A stretch of DNA of 38,776 bases. It comes from Candidatus Zixiibacteriota bacterium. GTDB taxonomy: Bacteria > Zixibacteria > MSB-5A5 > WJJR01. Made by a program: the position numbers and the translations under genes. The notes under the pieces were generated by a model. It ran no database searches. It was not told the DNA's origin and saw only the letters and a program-made list of their open reading frames with translations. Of the stretch, positions 6,202 through 14,233 are shown one piece after another (the stretch's first letter is position 1; every line of letters begins with the position of its first letter). The stretch is from assembly GCA_036170655.1 (NCBI GenBank), contig JAVHPP010000105.1:1-38776 (forward strand), written 5' to 3'.

Positions 6202-8049
6202 ATGGACGCCCGACTGCAGCCTCCCGCGGAATCCGACTGGCACGTCGAACAAACGGCGCAACGCCGCGACGTCGTTCGTTTCGGGGCCGAACTCGATCGT
6301 ATGCTGGCGATGAAGAGCCACGCACCGGCCGCCCGGACCACAACCGAACAGCTGCGTGAACATTGGGAACGTTTGAAGCGACGTCTCGATGGACGTTGGG
6401 CGCGCGCCGGCGATCTCTGGGACAGTCAGAACGACTTGACCGAACGGCTTCGCCGCGACCATGACCGGCTGCTGGCGCTGGTCGATCTGGACGACCAACT
6501 GGCAGGCGAAAGCGATCTGGCTCTGGCCATGAAGGGCACCCTGCGCTGCGTGGCCCGTTCGGTGGCCTGCGATGGTACCGTGATTGTCCTCTACGATGCG
6601 AGCGGGCTGGCCAGGAGAATCAGCTCGGAGAAGAGCCGGGGGCGCAAATGGCCGTCGGCATCCGATCAAGAGCTGCTGGATATCCTCATCGCCGGGACGG
6701 GCTCCGGCCGGCGGATCCTGATCGAAGGACGCCCGGTCGGCGCCGGTCCGCGTGAAAAGGGACGTGCCTCACACTGGCTGGCGTGCCCGGTCACACATGG
6801 CACCGAGACCTACGGGGCCATCATCGTCGGACGTTCGCTGACAGAACTTGGATTCATCGCCGACGACGCACAGGCGCTGCTCTCCGTCTGCAAACGCCTG
6901 GGGCGCTATGCGTCGGCCAAACTTGGGATCGCGGCGCGTCCCATTCTCGCAGCCGGACCAAAGCCCGAAGGATTCGAACAGATCTGGGGACAGTCGCCGT
7001 CGTTGAAGAAGGCCGTGGCGCTCGCCGCCAACTATGCCCTGAGCGATACCCCCATCCTCATCGAGGGTGAACCCGGCACCGGACGGAAAACCCTGGCACG
7101 GGCCATTCATCGTCGCTCCGCGCGCGCCGAGAAACCATTCGTGGCCGTTGCCGCGGCCAATCTTCCGGAAGATGTTGTCATGCGCACGCTGTTCGGCATA
7201 CGCATCACCAACCCGGATGGCAGCGTCGATGAACGTCCGGGGGATGTTGAGTTGGCGGCAGGCGGCACCCTGTTCATTGACGAAATCGCGACCTTCGGAC
7301 CTGTCGCACAGGTGAGGCTCCTGCGTCTGTTGCAGGATGGGGTCTTTGAACGCGAGGGTGACCGGACCGCACGTCAGTCGGCCATCCGTTTGATCGTCGG
7401 GACTTCGACGGATTTGGACCGGTCGGCGGTGACGGGTTCATTGCGGCCTGACCTGTACTATCAGATCACGGTTGCCCGGGTCGTGCTCCCGCCACTGCGG
7501 GAACGGGGAGGAGATATTGTCGAACTGGCGCGCCGATTCGCACAGGCGGCCGCACGACGCGCGGGCCGTGAAGTTGAGGGGATCGACATCGACGCAGCGC
7601 GCCTCCTCGCAGCGGGTACGTACCCCGGAAACATCGGTCAACTGGCGCAGATTATCGAGCGGGCGGTCCTGCTGGCCCGGGGTTCATTGGTCACCGTCGC
7701 CGACCTGCCCGCCAGCATCCCAACCACCATGGCTGCCGCGACATCATCCGAATCAGCATCCCTTGCCACAGAGACAGCCGCCGCGATCCGGGCGGCCGTG
7801 ACCGCCGGTCAAAGCGGCGATTATTCACTGCTCAAGCGCGCCAAGAAGAACGCGGTGGCCGTCGTGGAGTACGCTTTTGTGGAGACCGTTATGAAGGTGG
7901 TTGGCCGCAACTCGTCACGTGCGGCGCGTCATTGCGGGATCCATCGCGCCCAGTGGCAGCGCCTCTTGCACGCGGCACGCGGCGGGGCGGAGCCCGATAA
8001 TAGTGAATTATTTCACAATACAATCCATTCAACAAAAACAGACACATAA
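6202..8049 (+). CDS. GAF + AAA+ + Fis-HTH NtrC/bEBP-family regulator with degenerate motifs
   Basis: GAF-like WLACPVTHGTETYGAIIV; GEPGTGRKTLARAIH; GGTLFIDEI; LPPLRERGGDI; C-terminal HTH RNSSRAARHCGIHR. GAFTGA is absent. Confidence 0.9.
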   Translation: MDARLQPPAESDWHVEQTAQRRDVVRFGAELDRMLAMKSHAPAARTTTEQLREHWERLKRRLDGRWARAGDLWDSQNDLTERLRRDHDRLLALVDLDDQLAGESDLALAMKGTLRCVARSVACDGTVIVLYDASGLARRISSEKSRGRKWPSASDQELLDILIAGTGSGRRILIEGRPVGAGPREKGRASHWLACPVTHGTETYGAIIVGRSLTELGFIADDAQALLSVCKRLGRYASAKLGIAARPILAAGPKPEGFEQIWGQSPSLKKAVALAANYALSDTPILIEGEPGTGRKTLARAIHRRSARAEKPFVAVAAANLPEDVVMRTLFGIRITNPDGSVDERPGDVELAAGGTLFIDEIATFGPVAQVRLLRLLQDGVFEREGDRTARQSAIRLIVGTSTDLDRSAVTGSLRPDLYYQITVARVVLPPLRERGGDIVELARRFAQAAARRAGREVEGIDIDAARLLAAGTYPGNIGQLAQIIERAVLLARGSLVTVADLPASIPTTMAAATSSESASLATETAAAIRAAVTAGQSGDYSLLKRAKKNAVAVVEYAFVETVMKVVGRNSSRAARHCGIHRAQWQRLLHAARGGAEPDNSELFHNTIHSTKTDT

Positions 8050-8318
8050 TTGTGTCTCATGTTACAATAGCGACATACATACCCGATCTCCCTTGAGCAA
8101 TGGTGAATTACCCATAGAACATGGCCCGGTGAAACACAAATGTTCCACATGCGTCACCACCCCAAAAATCCCGCACAAAAATTGCTTGCCTAAGTTGTTG
8201 TCAGTTCATATCGATGGGTTGTCGGCCGATAAGTAAATAGCGGCCGGACAACAGGATCGGCAGGTATAGCGATGTTGAGAAAAAAATCACAATGTAGACC
8301 GGAGAACGGTCCCCGCTG

Positions 8319-8657
8319 ATGACACGAACCGCTGCCATCGCCGATGAGATCTACCGGGCCGCCATCGAAACTTCAGGCCACTTGGGATCGCCAATTGAAC
8401 GCGGGGCCGCCTTGCGCACCTTGACCTATGAATTGGAGGCCAGACGCCTGAGCGTGGTGCCATTGACCGATGATCGCGGCACCATCGAAACCGGCGCGAT
8501 GGTCGTGCAGGGCACGGACGGTGTTTGGGTGGATACCGCCGAGGCCAAAGGATCGGAGATCGACTTGGGCGCTATGCGGCGTGTGCACCGCTGGCAGAAC
8601 GCCCATGCGATCATCTTTGGTCATGACTCGGTCTCCATCAAAACGGTGGGAGAATAG
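8319..8657 (+). CDS. Hypothetical protein resembling a degenerate GxxExxY (PD-(D/E)XK) family protein
   Basis: RBS GGAG upstream. IYRAAIETSGHLG...LTYELEARRLSV and HAIIFGHDSVSIKTV echo the GxxExxY pattern by eye; signature residues are missing. Confidence 0.55.
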   Translation: MTRTAAIADEIYRAAIETSGHLGSPIERGAALRTLTYELEARRLSVVPLTDDRGTIETGAMVVQGTDGVWVDTAEAKGSEIDLGAMRRVHRWQNAHAIIFGHDSVSIKTVGE

Positions 8658-8759
8658 AAACATCCCGAAGAGGAAAGGGACTTGAGTTTACGGTAGCTAA
8701 CACTGTCAGGAAAGTTTACAACCATCCACACTCAGCAAGCAGGAGGAGGTGACTACAGA

Positions 8760-8939
8760 ATGCCAACGAAGAAGCCCGCCAAGAAGACGAGCAAGAAGCC
8801 GGCCAAGAAGAAAGCCGCCAAGAAGTCTACGGCCAAGAAGACGGTGAAGAAGAAAGCCGTCAAGAAGGCCAAGACCACACGCAAGACGGCCCGCAAGGCC
8901 ACCAGCCGCCGCACCACGAAGCGCATGGTCGCGTGCTAA
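8760..8939 (+). CDS. 59-aa Lys/Ala/Thr-rich histone H1-like nucleoid protein
   Basis: Strong RBS AGGAGGAGGT. MPTKKPAKKTSKKPAKKKAAKKSTAKKTVKKKAVKKAKTTRKTARKATSRRTTKRMVAC*. Followed by a terminator. Missed by the ORF track (<60 aa). Confidence 0.88.
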   Translation: MPTKKPAKKTSKKPAKKKAAKKSTAKKTVKKKAVKKAKTTRKTARKATSRRTTKRMVAC

Positions 8940-8976
8940 GTACACACGCCTTGGATGGTGTGCAGTAGTACTCCCG

Positions 8977-9013
8977 AGCCGGCCGACGAAGGATCGTCGG
9001 TCGGCTTTCTTTT
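8977..9013 (+). terminator. Intrinsic terminator after the histone-like gene
   Basis: AGCCGGCCGACGA-AGGA-TCGTCGGTCGGCT followed by TTCTTTT. Confidence 0.85.
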
Positions 9014-9101
9014 GGGAGCTTGTCTTCCGTCGTCCGGCGGAATATCGATCCCGCCTTTTCGATCCCTTCACAAGATTCATCACGATTGTTATATAGGTCC
9101 C

Positions 9102-9671
9102 ATGCGCTCCTTCATCGCCATCAGCATCCCTGCCACAGTCAAAGCGGAGATCGGTGAAATCATTGAGAGACTGCGCCACGCCAGCCCCCCCGCCCATTGG
9201 GTGCCCACGGGAAATCTGCATGTGACTGTCAAGTTCCTCGATGAAATCCGCGAAAGTCAGATCCCCCCCATCGTCGGCGCGATCACGATGGCTGTGGGAC
9301 AGGTCTGTTCCTTCCCCCTGCGACTGGGAGGATTCGGCTTCTTTCCGAATGAACGAAAGGCACGAATATTCTGGATCGGCATCGAATCTGGTTTCGAACC
9401 CCTCAAGGCGCTCGCCAAGGCGATCGACCAGGAGCTTACCCCTCTGGGATTCGAACAGGAGACTCGTCCGTTTGCCGCACACATCACGCTGGCACGCCTC
9501 CGCGAGTCCGGACCTGTTGAACGGTTGGCCAAGGAATCAGCGCATGTGCAGTACCTCTCTTTGCCTATCTCCGTCAGCCAGGTTGACCTGATGCGTTCTG
9601 TTCTCTCTCCCGCGGGCGCGGAGTACTCAATAATTGGGTCGGTCCCGCTGCGCGCGCCTGATCAGACATGA
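9102..9671 (+). CDS. thpR: RNA 2',3'-cyclic phosphodiesterase (2H family, LigT)
   Basis: MRSFIAI start, two HxT motifs (NLHVTVKFL, AHITLAR), position upstream of recA. Confidence 0.93.
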   Translation: MRSFIAISIPATVKAEIGEIIERLRHASPPAHWVPTGNLHVTVKFLDEIRESQIPPIVGAITMAVGQVCSFPLRLGGFGFFPNERKARIFWIGIESGFEPLKALAKAIDQELTPLGFEQETRPFAAHITLARLRESGPVERLAKESAHVQYLSLPISVSQVDLMRSVLSPAGAEYSIIGSVPLRAPDQT

Positions 9672-9825
9672 GTTGCAACGACGACTTCTGCCCGCCAAGC
9701 CGGTTGCGAATACTCGTGAATTGCCATTAACAATAAGTCCCTCAATGTATTGCCTTTGTTTTCTGCGTTGCGGGAAAGTGATACCACGGCTAGGTCGACT
9801 TCCCGTAAATCCTCTTGAAATAGAT

Positions 9826-9843
9826 AGTGAACATTTGTTCACT
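9826..9843. promoter_or_regulatory. LexA (SOS) box, GAAC-N4-GTTC type
   Basis: Palindrome AGTGAACA-TT-TGTTCACT, 7 nt upstream of the recA -35 element. Confidence 0.8.
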
Positions 9844-9850
9844 TTTGGGC

Positions 9851-9879
9851 TTGCGCCACGGGTTGGGAGAACATATAAT
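9851..9879 (+). promoter_or_regulatory. recA sigma70 promoter
   Basis: TTGCGC-N17-TATAAT. Confidence 0.8.
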
Positions 9880-9979
9880 GCCACGCAGCGGAATTCGCAG
9901 GAGCACCGAACGAATAACCACTCACCCAGACCGTTCCTCCGCTCGGGCGCGGACGGCGGGTCTCAGCAAGGGACAAACC

Positions 9980-11062
9980 ATGGCGAAGAACAATGTACCT
10001 CCCCCTCCTCCATCATCAGACAATGGCAAGACGCGGGCCTTGGAATCGGCGGTCATGCAAATCGAACGGCAATTTGGCAAGGGATCGATCATGCGCCTGG
10101 GAGGGAATGCCCGCGACAATTCGGTCGACATCATCTCCACCGGATCGATTTCCCTGGACTATGCCCTGGGTGTCGGGGGTGTTCCACGCGGCCGTGTCAT
10201 TGAAATTTTTGGGCCTGAATCGTCGGGGAAGACAACCCTGGCGCTCTCGATCACGGCCGAGGCGCAGAAGCTCGGAGGAAATGCGGCATTCATCGATGCC
10301 GAGCATGCCTTGGACGCCAAATATGCCTCCAAGCTCGGAGTCGATCTGGAGAATCTGCTGATCTCTCAGCCGGACACCGGCGAGCAGGCGCTGGAGATCA
10401 CCGAGACCCTGGTCCGATCCGGTGCCATTGACGTGGTTGTCGTCGATTCGGTCGCGGCGCTGGTTCCCCGCGCGGAAATCGAAGGGGAAATGGGCGATCC
10501 CCAGATGGGATTGCAGGCCCGCCTGATGTCACAGGCGCTGAGAAAATTGACCGCCAGCATCTCCAAATCCAAAACATGTGTCATCTTCATCAATCAGATC
10601 CGCATGAAAATCGGCGTCATGTTCGGCAATCCCGAGACGACGACCGGGGGACACGCTCTCAAGTTTTATGCCACCGTCCGCCTGGATATCCGCAAGATCG
10701 CCGCGATCAAGGAAGCCGAAATGGTCAAAGGAGCACGGACACGCGTGCGGGTGGTGAAAAACAAAGTCGCACCGCCCTTCAAAGAAGCCGAGTTCGACAT
10801 TATCTATGGGGAAGGAATCTCCAAATCCGCCGACCTGATCGACTTGGCTGCGAAGGAAGGAATCATCGAGAAGTCCGGATCGTGGTTTTCCTATGGTGAT
10901 CTGCGCATTGGGCAGGGACGCGACAGTGCGCGAATGTATCTGCTCGAGCATCCTGAGATATATGCGGAAATTGATACACGTCTCCGAACACAATTGGGGC
11001 TGTTACGGATGCCCGCTCCCGTGACAGAACTCGAACCGGAGCATGCCAAGGCCGGGAAGTAG
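9980..11062 (+). CDS. recA: Recombinase RecA
   Basis: [54 protein letters not shown] 9980 follows AAGGGA. Confidence 0.99.
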   Translation: MAKNNVPPPPPSSDNGKTRALESAVMQIERQFGKGSIMRLGGNARDNSVDIISTGSISLDYALGVGGVPRGRVIEIFGPESSGKTTLALSITAEAQKLGGNAAFIDAEHALDAKYASKLGVDLENLLISQPDTGEQALEITETLVRSGAIDVVVVDSVAALVPRAEIEGEMGDPQMGLQARLMSQALRKLTASISKSKTCVIFINQIRMKIGVMFGNPETTTGGHALKFYATVRLDIRKIAAIKEAEMVKGARTRVRVVKNKVAPPFKEAEFDIIYGEGISKSADLIDLAAKEGIIEKSGSWFSYGDLRIGQGRDSARMYLLEHPEIYAEIDTRLRTQLGLLRMPAPVTELEPEHAKAGK

Positions 11063-11090
11063 GGAGCGAGACTGACCGGGGTGATGGTGA

Positions 11091-11339
11091 TTGTATCAGC
11101 AACTCGATGAGCCAGTGGATGTCATCGCCGTCTTTCAGAACCGGTCGGTCAAGCCGGCACGGTTTTGCTGGAGGGGAAGGGTCCACAAAGTCGCCCGTCT
11201 CACCGGAACTTGGAAGTCCCGGGAAGGGGCATTCATCGTTCGTCATTTCGCCTTGGTGGACACCGACACCAACGTCTTCGAATTAACATATAACGAACGC
11301 CTGAGCCATTGGGCGATCAGCCGAATCTGGGTGGAATGA
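11091..11339 (+). CDS. Small DinB-associated protein (DUF6504-like)
   Basis: PARFCWRGRVHKV...W...FELTYNERLSHWAISRIW pattern, seen in small proteins beside Y-family polymerases. Fills the recA-dinB gap. Family assignment is by eye. Confidence 0.7.
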   Translation: MYQQLDEPVDVIAVFQNRSVKPARFCWRGRVHKVARLTGTWKSREGAFIVRHFALVDTDTNVFELTYNERLSHWAISRIWVE

Positions 11340-11364
11340 TCACCGGCGGGAACCCCACGCCGGG

Positions 11365-12576
11365 ATGGGTGAGCTGATGGATGCCAGCACCCCACGACGG
11401 ATCATGCACGTCGACATGGATGCCTACTTCGCATCCCTGGAGCAAGGGATCAACCCCAGGTTGCATCAACGCCCTGTCATTGTGGGGAGCAGTCCCGATG
11501 CACGGGGTGTCGTCTCCACAGCTTCATACGAGGCCCGGAGTTTTGGCGTCCGGTCGGGCATGTCGTCCGCTCAGGCGGGGAAACTCTGCCCCCACGGCGC
11601 CTTTGTCGGTGTGGATGTCGGACACTACACGTTTGTCTCCTCACAACTGTTGTCTATCTTCTCTGAATTCTCTCCCTGCGTCGAAGCCGTTTCCGTCGAT
11701 GAAGCGTTCCTGGACATTTCCGGATGTTCCCATCTGTTCGGCGGGGAAGAATCTCTCGCCCGCCAGTTGAAACGGCGAATCAAGGAAGTTACATCGCTGA
11801 CCTGCTCTGTCGGGGTTGCCCCGAATAAGACCATGGCCAAGCTGGCCTCGTCGGTCTATAAACCAGATGGCCTGACCATTCTGAATGACGGGGACATCCC
11901 GCTGTTTCTCTACCCCCTCCCCGTCGAAAAACTCTGGGGCGTCGGTCTCAAAACACTGGATGTTCTCCACCGAATGGGAATCAACACAGTGGGAGATTTG
12001 GCAATAGCCGACCTGTCCAGTCTCCGCCGGCGCTTCGGAAAATGCGGAATGATGCTGGGGAGAATCGCGCGCGGTGACGATCACGCCGATGTTCTTCCTC
12101 CTGACGAACAACCCCCGGAAAAATCCATCGGCCACGAACGGACATTCTTGCACGATACAGAAGATCGGGTGTACCTCACAGCGACCCTGAATTATCTGGC
12201 CGACCTTGTTGCCCGCAGAATGAGATGCCATCATGTTACCGGCCGCACGGTGACGCTCAAATGCCGCTACGCCGATTTCCAGACAATCACCCGCAGGACA
12301 ACCATGGACATGGCGACGGATGAATCGCGTCAGATATACCGGCAGGCAGTCGGATTGTTCGACTCGGTTTTCACGTCCGGCCGGAAGATGAGACTGCTTG
12401 GAGTTTCTCTTTCCCATCTCTCTGGTCAGGGGACATTCCCGCAGCAGACGGACATGCTGGCAATTTCCCCACATCAGAGAAGCCATGGAGCTTTTGACCG
12501 TGTAGTCGATCAGATCCGCGACAAGTTTGGCGAGAAAGCCATTCTCAACGCCCATTCGACCTTGAGAACCTTGTAG
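11365..12576 (+). CDS. dinB: DNA polymerase IV (Y family)
   Basis: MHVDMDAYFAS, STASYEAR, SVDEAFLD, AKLAS..KPDG, LWGVG, KSIGHERTF, clamp-like QTDML. Confidence 0.97.
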   Translation: MGELMDASTPRRIMHVDMDAYFASLEQGINPRLHQRPVIVGSSPDARGVVSTASYEARSFGVRSGMSSAQAGKLCPHGAFVGVDVGHYTFVSSQLLSIFSEFSPCVEAVSVDEAFLDISGCSHLFGGEESLARQLKRRIKEVTSLTCSVGVAPNKTMAKLASSVYKPDGLTILNDGDIPLFLYPLPVEKLWGVGLKTLDVLHRMGINTVGDLAIADLSSLRRRFGKCGMMLGRIARGDDHADVLPPDEQPPEKSIGHERTFLHDTEDRVYLTATLNYLADLVARRMRCHHVTGRTVTLKCRYADFQTITRRTTMDMATDESRQIYRQAVGLFDSVFTSGRKMRLLGVSLSHLSGQGTFPQQTDMLAISPHQRSHGAFDRVVDQIRDKFGEKAILNAHSTLRTL

Positions 12577-12649
12577 TCACTGGCACCCCGTACCATCGTC
12601 TTCCCAGCATTTTTTGCCATGCCCGTGTCCCGCAATGAACTGCGGGGGC

Positions 12650-12677
12650 TTGACAAATCGGGAGGTAGCCTTACTTT
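12650..12677 (+). promoter_or_regulatory. sigma70 promoter predicting a leaderless aminotransferase mRNA
   Basis: TTGACA-N16-TACTTT ending 6 nt before ATG 12684. Confidence 0.6.
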
Positions 12678-12683
12678 GAACGT

Positions 12684-13913
12684 ATGACGATCGAGTCCAA
12701 GGTCACTCTTCTCCCTCCGGCGCCATTCAAGTTTGAGCCGAGGCACTTTTCGCCCATGGCCTACAACTTGGAGTCGTCGATCATCCGCGACATCCTGAAG
12801 TTTTCCAACCAACCGGGGGTGATTTCGTTCGCCGGCGGGCTACCGGCTCCCGACTTGTTCCCTGTTGAAGAGATCCGCGAGGCCGCCGACCGTGTTCTCA
12901 CACTCTATGGCACTCGCGCACTCCAGTACGGCCTTTCCATGGGGTATTCCCCCCTGCGTGAATTCATCGCGGAACGGGTGGCCATTCGCGGGGGCGTCCA
13001 GCTCTCCGCCGACAACATTATCATCACCGCCGGATCGCAGCAGGGTCTTGACATTGTGGGACGAGCGTTCCTCGAACCCGGCCAGCATGTACTTTGCTGT
13101 CGTCCAACCTACTTGGGGGCGCTCCAAGCATTCAGTTTCTACGGCGCCCGTTACGCTCTCGGCGACATGGATGACAACGGATTGATGGTAGAAACCATCG
13201 ATCCGCTAATTCGTGAGCATCATCCCCGCCTTATCTATGTTGTGCCCAACTTCCAGAACCCCAGCGGGATCACAATGAGCGAAAAGCGGCGCCAACTCCT
13301 GGTCCAGAAGGCGCAACGCTTCAGCATTCCAATTGTCGATGACAATCCCTACGGAGAACTGCGTTACTCCGGGTCTGATGTGCCATCCATCAAGTCCATT
13401 GGCGGTCAGGCAGTCATTCAGTTGGGCACGTTTTCCAAGATCATTTCTCCCGGCCTGCGGATCGGCTGGATCGCCGCCTCGCGTCAGCTTATGGGCATTT
13501 TCGAGCGAGTCAAACAGTGTACGGATTTGCACACCAACGAGTTCGCCCAGTACGTTATCTACGAATTTGTTCAGAACGGAGCACTAGAGCACCATGTCGA
13601 GCGTCTCAAAATCGCCTATCGAGAGCGTCGCGACGCCATGCTCCGTGCCATGAGTGAATTTTTCCCCGATACCATCACATGGACAAAGCCAGAAGGTGGT
13701 CTATTTCTCTGGGTGCGTTTGCCGGACGGAGCCGACGCGGGCAAACTCTTGCCAGCGGCCATCGAAGCCAAGGTCGCCTATGTCCCTGGCAAACCGTTCC
13801 ATCCCGATGGCAGCGGCGCAAATACGCTGCGGCTGAACTTCTCGAACGCAACGCTGGCGGACATTCACGAGGGAATCAAACGCTTGGCCAAAGTGTTCTC
13901 GTCTTTGGTATGA
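12684..13913 (+). CDS. PLP-dependent class I aminotransferase (LysN/2-aminoadipate-aromatic type)
   Basis: ISFAGGLPAP, GSQQGLD, PNFQNPSG, DDNPYGEL, GTFSKIISPGLRIGW, LRLNFS. Confidence 0.93.
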   Translation: MTIESKVTLLPPAPFKFEPRHFSPMAYNLESSIIRDILKFSNQPGVISFAGGLPAPDLFPVEEIREAADRVLTLYGTRALQYGLSMGYSPLREFIAERVAIRGGVQLSADNIIITAGSQQGLDIVGRAFLEPGQHVLCCRPTYLGALQAFSFYGARYALGDMDDNGLMVETIDPLIREHHPRLIYVVPNFQNPSGITMSEKRRQLLVQKAQRFSIPIVDDNPYGELRYSGSDVPSIKSIGGQAVIQLGTFSKIISPGLRIGWIAASRQLMGIFERVKQCTDLHTNEFAQYVIYEFVQNGALEHHVERLKIAYRERRDAMLRAMSEFFPDTITWTKPEGGLFLWVRLPDGADAGKLLPAAIEAKVAYVPGKPFHPDGSGANTLRLNFSNATLADIHEGIKRLAKVFSSLV

Positions 13914-14005
13914 GCGCCTTTGGCACTTCGGGGCTATTCCGGGATGTTGTTTCCAACGGTGACGTCAGCGGCGCGTATAAAATTGGAGTTGCTGAATAAA
14001 TCGCG

Positions 14006-14056
14006 ATGACACGAGAGAACACATACTGGACTTGGCACTGGGGGAGGTCCTCGTAA
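14006..14056 (+). CDS. trpL: trp operon leader peptide
   Basis: MTRENTYWTWHWGRSS* with three TGG codons, followed by antiterminator and terminator stems, upstream of the trp genes. Confidence 0.9.
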   Translation: MTRENTYWTWHWGRSS

Positions 14057-14119
14057 GGATCGGTGGGTCTGCCATTGTCCATCCCAGGCGCAACCCGTCG
14101 ATCCGACGGGTTTTTTCTT
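14033..14119 (+). promoter_or_regulatory. Ribosome-mediated transcription attenuator (1:2, 2:3, 3:4 stems)
   Basis: 1:2 GGTCCT/AGGATC. 2:3 GGATCGGTGGGT (14057-14068) pairs fully (two G-U) with ACCCGTCGATCC (14093-14104). 3:4 is the terminator. Confidence 0.88.
14092..14119 (+). terminator. Attenuator terminator hairpin
   Basis: AACCCGTCG-ATC-CGACGGGTT followed by TTTTCTT. Confidence 0.92.
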
Positions 14120-14155
14120 GCTCCTTCAACGGGCATGGCGAGACATGATTAAGGG

Positions 14156-14184
14156 TTGTGACCGAGTCAGGTATCGGCTAACCT
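14156..14184 (+). promoter_or_regulatory. Possible internal sigma70 promoter downstream of the attenuator
   Basis: TTGTGA-N17-TAACCT, 49 nt before the dapF ATG. Confidence 0.45.
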
Positions 14185-14233
14185 TACAAACTTTGCGGGA
14201 CGACAGTGCAGGATCGAAAAAAGCGATAGCCCG

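Noticed and set aside
8706..9482. 258-aa minus-strand ORF with Leu/Gly-rich tail
   Set aside because: Antisense shadow of thpR and of the Lys-rich gene, which has the RBS and terminator.
9781..9800. ATACCAC-N6-GTCGACT upstream of recA as a third WYL operator
   Set aside because: Spacer is 6 rather than 7 and there are several mismatches.
9827..9979. N-terminal extension of RecA in the ORF track (also extensions of cinA, thpR, MFS, trpC, trpA, aroK)
   Set aside because: The extensions overlap promoters or upstream genes. Downstream starts have RBSs or stop-start overlaps.
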